Shown one piece after another: positions 45,658 to 57,600 of a stretch of DNA of 64,000 nucleotides. Each line of letters opens with the position of its first letter. The first letter of the stretch is position 1. The stretch spans positions 1-64,000 of the forward strand of contig NIVC01001711.1 in NCBI GenBank assembly GCA_002269645.1, written 5' to 3'. A program made the translations under genes and the position numbers. Under the pieces are notes generated by a model. It was not told the origin of the DNA. It saw nothing but the letters and a program-made list of their open reading frames with translations, and made no database searches. Source of the DNA: Macrostomum lignano (taxonomy: Eukaryota).

Positions 45658-48600
45658 ATGGCTGACGACGAATTGGAAGAGGACATCACAGGGAATGGAA
45701 ATGGAATCAAATTGGAAGAGTAAGTAGGGATTCTTACTAATATACTTTGTCTTTATGAGTTTATTTTAGTATTTTTTCGTATATAATACTGATCTTTTAA
45801 TAGAAAATGAAATAAAAACGATAGATGTGATTTTATAAATGATATTACAAACACAATTTGTTACTAAAATTAAATAAATATTTGAATACAAAATTTTAGT
45901 TGTTTTACTTTCATTTTATTTTATTCCAATGCATAATTTCTATATTTCTTTTAAAAAACACTAGTTCTTACCTTTTTGACTTAAATTGGCTCACTGGATT
46001 CCCTAACTGCAATAGGCCTATCTAAGACGTTAAGAAGTAGGGCCTATTCAGGGTTTTTTTTTGTGCGCAGAGTGTGCGTATGCACCCTAAATTTTAAAAT
46101 CGCACCCTGAAATTAAAAAAGTAGGTGCGGTTTAGGTGCGGTCTTATAACCATTTTTCTTTAAAGGCTTAACCATGCTTAAGCTATTTTTTATGCACTGC
46201 CTTAAAATATGAAACAAAATAACTCTTTAAATCCTATTAAGTCATATAGGCGATATAGCCTATAGCTATAGCCTTATGTAAGATATTAAAATATACATTC
46301 CCAGTTGTCTGAAATGTGAGCAATGTGAGGGTTTCACGAGAGATATTCAGACAAAGGCTCCCTAAAACACGCCCCGCACCAGGCCCCGAACTGCTACACA
46401 TTATAACATTTTTTGTCAATGCAGTATTTGATTGCAAGGAAAAGTTAAAATAGTAATGGAATAAATATCTTTATTTATTTTTTTAAATATTATTATTTTT
46501 TATATTCTCGTTTTCATTATTAAATTATAATATTATTATTTTATTAATATTATTATTAATATGACTTATTGTTCACCAAATTTTATATTTCAAAGTAAAA
46601 AAACTAAATTTAATAAAAACTTGAAGCTTAACAGAAAACGCATTCTGAAGTGTCTTTAGTTATAGTCCAATTTGTTTTAATGTGTAGCGCTGCAGGGCGG
46701 GGCGGGGCGTGTTTTAGGCAAGGACGACTTAAGTAGAAGGACGGGAAACCTCGTTTCTTAGAAAAGTTTTGAAGGCACTTTTTCCCGAAAAAATACACTA
46801 TGGAGATAGGAAGTTTTCATTTTTTCAGCACAAAAATTGTTATTGCGTTTGATAGGAGGCAGATCCAGTGTTCATCTTTTGATATGTTGTGCCTTTTTTA
46901 TTGCTCTATCGATATTTATGAAGCTTTTCGTTCAGAAAATTGGGATTCTATGTTAATTTTTTATTCTACGTATATTTTCGCGTGTCTTGTGCTTGAAATA
47001 CATTAGAATGCCACGGCTCGGCTCTTTAGCTTCATGAGTCTTTTTTATCATTCTTACCCGACTGTGTAGCAAATATTTGTAACAGAGATGATAAAATAGG
47101 TTCATAAAACCAAATATTGGAGCTCTGTCATGCATTTTTGTGATTTTTAGATACAGGAAATATACGTAGAATAGAAAATTAACATAGAATCCTAATTTTC
47201 TGAACGAAAAGCTTTATAAATATCGATAGAGCAATAAAAAAGGCACAACATATCAAAAGATGAACACTGGATCTGCCTCCTATCAAACGCAATAACAATT
47301 TTTGTGCTGAAAAAATGAAAACTTCCTATCTCCGTAGTGTATTTTTTCGGGAAAAAGTGCCTTCAAAACTTTTCTAAGAAACGAGGTTTCCCGTCCTTCT
47401 ACTTAAGTCATCCTTGGTTTTAGGGAGACCCATTCAGACAGACATTCAAAATGATTGTCTGTAACTTCAAACAAAATTGACCCGCTTCAACCATCTTTTT
47501 GGCAAATACTTATGCAAGTGTTGGGCGTCGAATAAGCTTTAATTTATTAACTGAAGTAAAAATCCTTCTGACATACATTGATTTAAAAATTGCTTAGCAA
47601 CACTAGCTCTGATTAGAAATCGCTTTACTGTTGACTAAAATTGTTTTGATCGTAGCAGCCTAAAAGCAGATACTGGATTTAAAAATGCTTCGATTTACTC
47701 TATACGCATGTCTCAGCTTTAAAATGACACCTCAGGCGTCGCAAAAGACAGCTTTGATGCTGAGATATTCGACACTAAACATGCATTGCTTTGCGCAATC
47801 TCACATTCAGAAATTTCACTGATTTTTTGTCGATATTTGTGCAGTTGCCGTGTCCTTGTTTTTCATCAGAATCTTGTCAAATTCTAGTCATGTCTATACA
47901 CATGTCTCAGCTTTAAAATGACACCTCAGGCATTGCAAAAGACAGCTTTGATGCTGAGATATTCGACACTAAACATTGCTTTGCTCATGCAAACTCACAT
48001 TCGGAAACTTCACTGATTTTTATTCAATATTTGTTCAGATGCTTGTCTACTTCTCCATTTATTAACCATCGCATGGAGCCTTGCTAACGTACAAGTGTAT
48101 GTAGTTATAGTAAATGGGGTTTTTGTGACTCACTTAAACTTGTTTACGCATTCTGCAGCTATTCGCCGCCTTTCATTTGAGTGATTCATGGAGTCCAGTT
48201 GATAAATTTCCACAAATTGGACTGCTTCTACGTCAGATCTCAACATTTGGAACCGTCCTTGAACTATTTCAGAGTTAAGTGAGCTAATGGCATCAAATGG
48301 AAGGCTAGTGCTCGTACTTGTAAGCGAAGCAGGTTCACAATTGAAATGGTTGTATTCATGGCCATGGGATCTAAACTGATCTGTTTTCCTTTCACGATCG
48401 CTTTGGTCTCAGAAGGAGCAGCAGTTGATGGACTGAGGTGAGAAGAAGATGTGTCACGACTTGAGCTGTTTTTAGAAAATATCTTTATCCAATTAAATAT
48501 TTTCATGCGGCTCCTTAGGTTGTTCCAAATTCCGAGTCTAGAAGTCAAGACAGAAAAAAAGTTAAGAACTGCTACTGTAGTCCGTAGGGATTGGAAAGCT

Positions 48601-51600
48601 TAGCAGTACATTAGAAATCGCCTGTTCAATCTAAAAAGTTTGAAGTACATATAGCTATTGGGTTGCAACAACAGTAGAAAAAATTCTTCCTTTTTATTTT
48701 ATTCCCACCGCTTACCTCATTCCGATTTGGATAGCAGAATTGCCACGCAAAAAAAGTAAAAACATAACAATAAACTATTTGCTTCATATTAATTGCCACT
48801 GACTGTTAATAAACGCGACGTCAATTTCTCTCAATAACAGTTAGAACATGTTTCTCGTACACTCGTATATTTATTTGAAAAGCAAAGCGGTGAAAAAGTC
48901 ATGATTGGTTGCCATATGTACAAATGTACACTCACAGACTCACTGACTCAGGTACAATCTATGCAATATAAAGGCAGGAATCATTAAAAATCAAATACTT
49001 AAGACAGTTTAAGAGAAGTCCAGGTTTAAACTGGACATGACTAGAATTTGACAAGCCTCCGATGAAAAACAAGGACACGGCAACCGCACAAACATCGACA
49101 AAAAATCAGTGAAATTTCTGAATGTGAGATTGCGCAAAGCAATGCATGTTTAGTGTCGTATATCTCAGCATCCAAGCTGTCTTTTGTGACGCCTGAGGTG
49201 TCATTTTAAAGCTGAGACATGCGTATAGAGTAAATCGAAGCATTTTTAAATCCAGTATCTGCTTTTAGGCTGCTACGATCAAAACAATTTTAGTCAACAG
49301 TAAAGCGATTTCTAATCAGAGCTAGTGTTGCTAAGCAATTTTTAAATCAATGTATGTCAGAAGGATTTTTACTTCAGTTAATAAATTAAAGCTTATTCGA
49401 TGCCCAACACTTGCGTAAGTATTTGCCAAAAAGATGGTTGAAGCGGGTCAATTTTGTTTAAAGTTACAGACGATCGTTTCGAATGCCTGTCTGAATATCT
49501 CTCGTGAAACCCTCACATTCTAAACAAGACTCAAGAGAAATTGCACTCTGAGCCTTAAAATCGCACCTTGAAATTTGGCACAAGGTGCGATTTCGCACCT
49601 TATCTCTGGCGAAAAAAAAAACCCAGCCTATAATAAAAACTGGTTTTGTACCATAGTCAAGAAGGTGGCACAGTGTGCGCCGGAATAATTTTTTGGGGAC
49701 AATTTGTGCGCCATCTATGTGCCATCTATGCGCCATTTGTGCGCTCTGTGCGCCGTCTGTGCGCCACTTTTCACAAGTAGAGTTTTCTAAGAAAGGCCTT
49801 CGTACAAAAGCCTTTTTAAAATGTTACACATGGGCATTTCCGCCAACTAGGCACTAACGGAAAATTACACTTCAACAAACAGAAAATGATGAATTGTAGC
49901 TTAGGCCAGCTAATTGAAGTCAAACAAGGACTTAAACTGAAAAATACAACCACTTTTGCTCAATTTAAAGCTATTTAAAGATTGTTAATCGCAAAATTAA
50001 TGTTGAATAAACCATTTTAAACTTACATAGACGCCACTTTTTTGGATGTCCAAACACACAATTTTTAACTTCAACATTGAATAAAAGAGCGAAAAAAACA
50101 TTCTTTATATTAATTCTCTTTGATTCATGAAAAAAACACATTAAACTTTGTTAAAATCATTCCTTTTCGTCACAACACCTGCAAGAAGTCATTGATTTTT
50201 GTCAGTTTTCTTGCTATACCAAAAATTATAAACGGTAAGTTTTTGTATCATTTGTACTCATGTTGGACCCTCTCATTTACTCATAAGGCTTTCAATCTAC
50301 ATGTTTTTTAGCTTAAATGAAGGAAAACATCTTTGCGATGATGTATCAGTATATTTTTTAGCAATAGAATTTGCTTAATACATTTTTCTAAGACATTAAT
50401 TTTTTTTCGATGTGACATCTTAACCACAAGATTGTACTCATGTTGTACCCAATAATTTTTTTTAGTGCTTTTTATTAGCTGAAAACGATATATTTATGGA
50501 TTGCTGACATACAGAGCTTCACAAAAAGTGGTCTGCTGAACCTTAATCTGTCAAAATACCTTAAATATTAACATTTAAATGTAGTAAGCACACTACTTAC
50601 ACGAGATGTATTTTCATGTTGTACCCTTTATTTTATTTTTTGCTAGTTTTTTCTCAAAATCAGTCTTACAAGACTATCATTAAGTATAAAAGCTGGAAAA
50701 TAAAACAGTTTCACATTAATTTCTTGTTTATTTATCAATAAAAATGTAATTTACATTTTGCACTATAGTATGTAGATATTAATTTACATAGTACTAAATC
50801 AATTTTCTCCACATTTACTTGTAATATTGCTTCAGAAAAACTTTCTCTAGATTGTGGAAGCATATGCATTTCTTGCTGCTTGCAAAGTTGCACTGGAACT
50901 TCTGAATAATTACGGTGATCGGCTAGTTACTGAAAAGTAAAATTAGAGATTTACGTTCGGTATATCGCGCAGAAAAAAAACATTTTGACAGTTAAAAAAT
51001 ATCGTATGAACTTATGCGCAAAATAACAAAATCTGAATTAAAAAGTTGATTAAAAGCATTAAGAAACAATTAAAAAATTATTGACTGAAAGAAAATTAAT
51101 TATAAGCAAGCAATTATGCCTCAATATAAAATTTTATTCTCCTACGGTATTAATCATCTTCTTAGATCAGTATAACTTTTATCGGCAACTTTTTATTGTT
51201 ACCCGAGAATTTCTTGTGCTTCTACAAGATAAAAAAAGAAATTTAATAACAAATTCTAGTTAGATTTCCTGTTTTCAACATTTTTCTTCTTCTTTGCACA
51301 CTCGGACACAATTTGTGTCCCAATTTGGCGGAAATGCCCACATATTTTCATTTTAAACAAACTTAAATTATACCTACAAATAGGGTAATGCAAAATTGAC
51401 ATTTTTAGCAATAATTCATACTAATTTTATTTACTGTTAATTTTAAAAAAGCAAAAAGTTTATCACTGACTTTCTAGACTATACAAATCTCCTTTATTTT
51501 ATGTAAAATTGTTAATTTGCATTATAATTTTCATGCATGTTAGAGACCTTATGCGCCACATGCGCTAGGGACCTCAGTGTGCGCCATGATTGTGCGCCAA

Positions 51601-54600
51601 GTGCGCCAAGGACCCCTTATGTGCGCTGCGCTTGTATGCCAATGTGCGCCGAGACCTTTTGTGTGCACAGGAATTTCCCCCCTCAAAGGCCACCTTCCTG
51701 ACTATGGGTTTTGTATAGGTTATAGAAAATAATGGCAATGCCCATGTTCTTTCTGAATTCAAAACAATTTATAAAAAAGGTACTAATATTTCTTTTTTCT
51801 TATAAAATCATACATTAAGTGAAAGAATAATAAAAATAATTATCTAGGTATAAGAAAAATATGGAATTTTTTTATTTATTAAAAAAGCTTTATCAATAAT
51901 AAAAAAATATTTTAGATATTAGAGTAGATGACTAAAAAAGCTTTATTAGGGGGCCTTGAGGTGGGGATAGAGAAAGAAAATAGAAATTTGGATTTGGAAA
52001 AAAAGTTGGGGGTTTTCTTTGAAACCAGTAGCATTGCATTCGCGCAAATGAAGCTGGAAAATTGTGCCAACAAATCACAACAAATTTTCTTTCTCCTGTT
52101 TTACTCTGACTGCCAGGTTCTCAAGTACGGGGGAAGGGTAGTCGCAATTGTAGCAGAGCGGTCGTGTAGTGGCATAGTCTTTCAAAATGATGAAACACTG
52201 TAAATTCTAACACCATAGATAATTGCTTCAAGTGCTAAGCTTATTACTCTCAGTAGGGTAGTTGCTGCCACCATCGTAATTTATGCATTACGGAATGGAT
52301 GAAGTCTCAGAGCTTTCATGAGATGAGAACTTTGGTTGTTTTATGCCCCACAGGCAAATTACTTAAGATAAGCTATGGCTTAGACAATTAGACCGAACAA
52401 ATTAGCTGCTGTTGCTATTATTTATTATTACTATTTAACAAACTATTAGGCGCTAGCAGGCGTATTAATTATTAAGTTGTTATCAAGCAAATGAGAATTA
52501 TCAACGATGGCGGATGTCGAAGCAGCAGAAAATGGAATAAAATTGCATGAGACTAAAACAGGAACTAACAAAAGAGGTTAACCAGAACAGAAGTTAAATA
52601 GTCACAGCAGGACCATCACTTAAAATAGATAAAATATTAATTCAAACCTGCGGTGGGGCTTGGGGCAGATTGCTGGACAACTGAGTGGGCAAACAAGTGG
52701 GCAACATGGAAGGCAAAACTCTTAACACAGCATCAAGTAGAAAATTAAAAGTTCCAAACAGGGGAAAAATGGATCCAACGGCGGGGCAAACAAGAGGGAG
52801 AACAAAAAGGAAAACAAGAGCAACACATAGGAAAAGTTTAGAGGTACAACTGTTGGAGACAAAAAAATCTAGAAATTGGGCATCAGATTAAATTTGAAAA
52901 AAAATTATTATTCAAACTTTATGAGAAATTTAGATTCAAAGTTTTGTGGCATCTCTAAGTCTGGTAAGTCTAAGTATTTGTGGCTACCCGCCTGCCACAG
53001 GCTCGGGGGCGCCACATAGTGTCAAAATTTGGCAACCCTTTGCCTCAATATCGTCCTCTTTTGGCTAGAGCTCGCCCTCCATGGTTTGCTGGCCAGCTGC
53101 TGCATTCATTGTTGCCATTGCAACTCTATCGCAGGGGCCGGGCGGCTTGAGCTGGTAGATCCACGGCATCTTCCTAGCCATCAGATGGCAGCCAGCCGAG
53201 CACCTGGATCTGGCCGTCCAAGTAGTATAGTCGTTCCGGATTTTTCTTGATGGCAGCGTCCCAGAAGACCCGGAGCCTGGGGTGCCAGCCTCACGTAGAT
53301 GACTCTCCTCTAGATATGCTAAAGCCAGCAACAGGGCCAGTGCTGGCCTCAGTTGCCTGGGCCATTGTTGCAAATAATCTTCCACCTAGCCAAGTAGGCT
53401 TTCCAGCACTTTGAGGGTTGCCTCCAGCAGCATCAAACTGCAATAAGTTGCCAGGGGGCGTCGAGTTGGACGCACCCCTTGCGCGTGGCCTGATAATAAG
53501 CTGCGTCCAGGGCATGCTTTAGACAAACTCAGGCCAGAAGGTTGCTGGCAGCTGTGGCAGCAATGGCCCAAAAGGCGATGACTTCCTCCAGCCAAAGCTG
53601 ACATCTGAAGGGTTGGGGCACCTGCGCTCCCTGTTGCATTGTTGTTGGCCATGACCATATGCAGAGTTGTCCCAGATCGAAGATTTAAAGATTAGGTCGC
53701 TAGTTGATGATTGCAGATTAAGGTCGCTAAATGATGATTGCATAACCAAAATATACAGTTTAGAGAAAATGGGTCTGGACCAGCGCACTGGTTTAAATAG
53801 GCCAGCAATTGACCAACAGTTGACAATGGGGGAAAAGGGCTCAACCATGGGAGCAGGCTGGCACCCCTCTTGCACTCTATGGTAGGCGCACACAGAATGG
53901 GGTGGGCGCATGAATCAAAGGCAATAAAACAGATAACCGCTCAGCGGGGCAGCGGGGGGGGGGGCAGAACTAAATGAATCAGATAGGGCCTTGAATGGCT
54001 AACATTGAACAGGTTGGCAGTTAAGAAAACTAAAATCGTGTAAACAGAAGGTTAAAATAGAATAATTGAAATAATAGTAAGTTAGTGACCAATATAACAT
54101 ATGCAGGGGAGAGTTTCATAAGGAGTTACAATGCACAGGGCAGACAAATGGCACTGGAAAGGGGAGCCAAACTGGTGGCCCTCACGAAGTCCAGGCTCGA
54201 GCAAAAATTCAAACAAAGAACAGGGGTTGCATCCTCAAATGCCCTCTGCTGAGGACAGGCCTAGATCCTGGGCTTGACCTGAGTGGGGCACAGACTGCTT
54301 GGCCTTAGACAGCAGGCTCGAGGAAAATTGAAAGACAGATACCTTTCAGTTATATCAAAACTGAGAAGGTTTACAATTAGCTAGCTGCTTTTCTACTGAA
54401 AGCATAAGGTGAAAGGGGGGACATTTCCGCACTTTGAGCACGTGCAGGGAAGCTCACATGAAATGGGGATACACAATGAAGCAATAGATTTACTGTATTG
54501 CATTGTTTAAATATTTTGCATAGGATAAATATTGCCGCATGGTTGCGAGCTTTTGCCAGAAAGCGTAAGGATAAATAAAGAGAGCAAAAGTGCTGAACTA

Positions 54601-57600
54601 ATGAAACACATTGGATAAATACAAATCGTGCACTATACATGAGCACTGAGACTGTTCAAAATGTACATTGCTTTTAGCCAGAAAGCAAAAAGAATGGCAA
54701 AATATTGGCAATTGCTTTTACTCTGAAGCATAAGGAAAAGTACAAAACTGACTGCTTTTGACCCTCAAGCCTAAGGAAAGTACAAAATTGATTGCTTTTG
54801 ACCCTCAAGCATAAGGAAAAGTACAAAACTGATTGCTTTTGACCCTCAAGCATAAGGAAAAGTACAAAACTGATTGCTTTTGACCCTCAAGCATAAGGAA
54901 AAATACAAAATTGATTGCTTTTGACCCTCAAGCATAAGGAAATGTACAAAATTGAATGGAAAATTACAATTGACACCTGCCTTTATCCTGAAAGCATAAG
55001 GAGAAATTGAATGGGAAATTACAATTGAACTGCAAGATAAAAAAATTCTGCTTTCAGCACAGAGAAGGTACAGAGAAGGCTTACATCAATTTAAAACCTC
55101 AGAAATGCATTTCGCAAAATGGACTACTACTAGTAATGCGCATCGAAAGTTAGCAACTTGGCGCAACATAATATTCATTGGTAAATACCTTTTAACTCTT
55201 GAGCTCCATGCCGATGTCAGGCAGATCTGGGTCGCCTTCAAGCAGCACTTCCGGATAGTGCAGGCTTGGCTCAAACAATTGGCTGCCGTGCTGGTCAGGC
55301 TGAGCTGCGGCTGGCTGTTCTAGAGCAGGCTGTTCGGCTGAATCATCTTTGCTTTTGTCACTCAATTCGTAGGGCAGCATTGGCTGCTCTGTTTGGTGCA
55401 GCGGCTCTTGCAGTCGGTCTGCCATCATCTGCGGCACCTTTGATTATGTTGTTGTGATGTACTAACATTTTGGCTAGACGTCCATGTTGGGCTATTGCAG
55501 GCTAGATCAAGTAGGCTACCTTGCCGACCTTTCTGTTGACCTTGTACATGCTCTTGTATGGCTGATGGAACTTTGGTAGCTTGCCCAACTCGAGCTTCGG
55601 GTTGGCCAGGCAGACCAGATCTCCAGGCTGCAGTTCCACAGGCTTAGGTCAGTTCTTGTAATTGGCCCAGGGCAAGTATGGCGGCTTTGTTGTTTGTCAA
55701 ATGCCATAGACTTCGCAGAAATGTCGAAACTCATGCCCCGTAAACTGCTTGCCTTGGTCTGAATGGATCCACACGGGGATTCCAGTGATTGGGAAGACTT
55801 GCTCTTGCAGGAGAGTTATTATCGTCTTGGCATGCTGATTTTTCATGGCAAAGGCAAAGGGGTACTTCGACATAGTATTGACATAGGTGAGAATGTACTT
55901 GTTACCTTGGTTTATCAATAATAAAAAAATATTTTGGATATTAGAGTAGATGAGTTGTCAAACACCTTTTGCAGTCTTTTCTAGCATCATAGTATGATAC
56001 TTAGGTCATAAACATAAGCAGTGATGGGCATCACTAAATTTTTTTTTAGTGCATGCCGCTAATTAGTGCTGTTGCTAACTGATAAAAGAAAAAAAAATTG
56101 CAATTGCTAATAGTGGTAGCCATTTCTACTTTGAATTTAGTGCAATTAATGCCACTAATTTTGAAATATACTAATTAATAAATACATTTAATATAAACTG
56201 CCATTTCATACATATTTATGCATTTTTGCACATTTTTAACTCACGTTTTAAATGAATATGTTAATAATGCTATTGCTAATAATTTGTTTTTATTATCAAT
56301 CCTAATAAAAAATTTTCAAGCTGCTGAACTGTCAGAGCAACAGTTGGTAGAAAGAGTTCCTAAATTACAATGCTGTTTGCCTTAAAAAACGTCAAGGGCC
56401 CTTGCTACCATGGCCATGACCTTTTTATACACAAGAAGGAAAGCAAGATCATCAGCTTCAAATGGTGGTATGGAATTTATTAACCCCACCATCACCCTGT
56501 TGATATAGCATGTTGCTTCACATCATTGTTTAGAATATCAACTGAGTTGAACGTTGAAGTCTGATTAAATTATTAAATCTAGTATTCTAGTATGCATTAT
56601 ATCTTCAAGACTATAGGCTACATATTATCTATCAAACCTAACTAGGGCATTTTTGTCAATTTTGCTAGGCTATTTTGCTATATATGTCAATGTTGGACCT
56701 AAAAATTATATAAACTAAATATTAGCCAAGGTTCTTTGAAAAAGGCATAAATATGCTAGAATTTTTCAGCATAAAGGCTATCTTCTGGATTATATATTTA
56801 ATCAAGGTTTATTGACTATTTCAAGCAAGCAAAAAGCATTTCAACTATATAAAATGTATTTAATCCTTTTTTTAATATTAATGATATAGCTCTTTACTAT
56901 AAAATAATGATTCTATATTTATTATAGTACAAAATATTAATTATTATAAAGTATTTATGTCTAAAATAACTTATTCTTTATCATTTGTTCTATATATAAA
57001 AAATTGCTAGAGGGTTATAAGCACATTTTGAACTGTCTTTGGTGACATTGTCATATAAATAATAATGAGACAATCCTGTCTATTTTGCTAATATAGGCAT
57101 TTATTAATGTGCCAATACTGTATATAGGTACTCCCTTATACGGACATAGTATACAATGGCCTTGATTTTTTAATTATCAGGCATGTACACTCTCTACTTT
57201 GAAAGTTGGCCTTGCCCTCCTAATAGGGTACAAATTACCCCTGGCCAATTTTTGTTTACAAGCCCCAAATTAATGTGCAATACAGAATTGACCTAAGCAT
57301 TATCACAAGATACAGCTGCATTTATATTAATTTATGCTAAACTTAGTTTAGGCATAGGGGCTGTAGCCCAGTGTTCTAGCTTGGCACTCTGATGACCCAC
57401 CCAGACTCACATTAATTTGGGGCTAAATTCGAATCTTGGCTTAGCTCTGCTTGTATAATCAACACTTTTGAGGCCCAACTCCCAAGGCACAGTGAAGTGT
57501 ACATGCCTAACGATAATTAGAATCAGGGCCGCTGTACACTCCTGTGTGAGTGTGTGCCTGCGTACGTATCCGCGCGCTTGTGTGCCTGCTCAGGGGAGTC

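Larger units (their letters stand above)
46322..49519. mobile_element. Foldback-type element with about 486-bp inverted arms
   Basis: 46322-46353 plus 47441-47894 is the near-perfect reverse complement of 49034-49519; the inner 194 bp of the left arm is partly tandem-duplicated (47701 vs 47895). No TSD is seen. Confidence 0.85.
46049..49626. mobile_element. Outer non-autonomous hAT-like element
   Basis: Left end CAGGGTTTTTTTTT..GCAGAG resembles the reverse complement of the right end (CTGGGTTTTTTTTTT..CCAGAG); TCGCACC/GGTGCG subterminal motifs at both ends. No clean TSD (ggcctatt vs agcctata, 6/8, only if the last 2 nt were lost). Confidence 0.5.

Noticed and set aside
52979-53032. LTR end (TGTGGC...GCCACA) plus a tRNA-Leu-like PBS (TAGTGTCAAAATTTGG)
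   Set aside because: The inverted repeat spans only 38 bp, the PBS lacks TGG, and the orientation conflicts with the minus-strand coding remnants.
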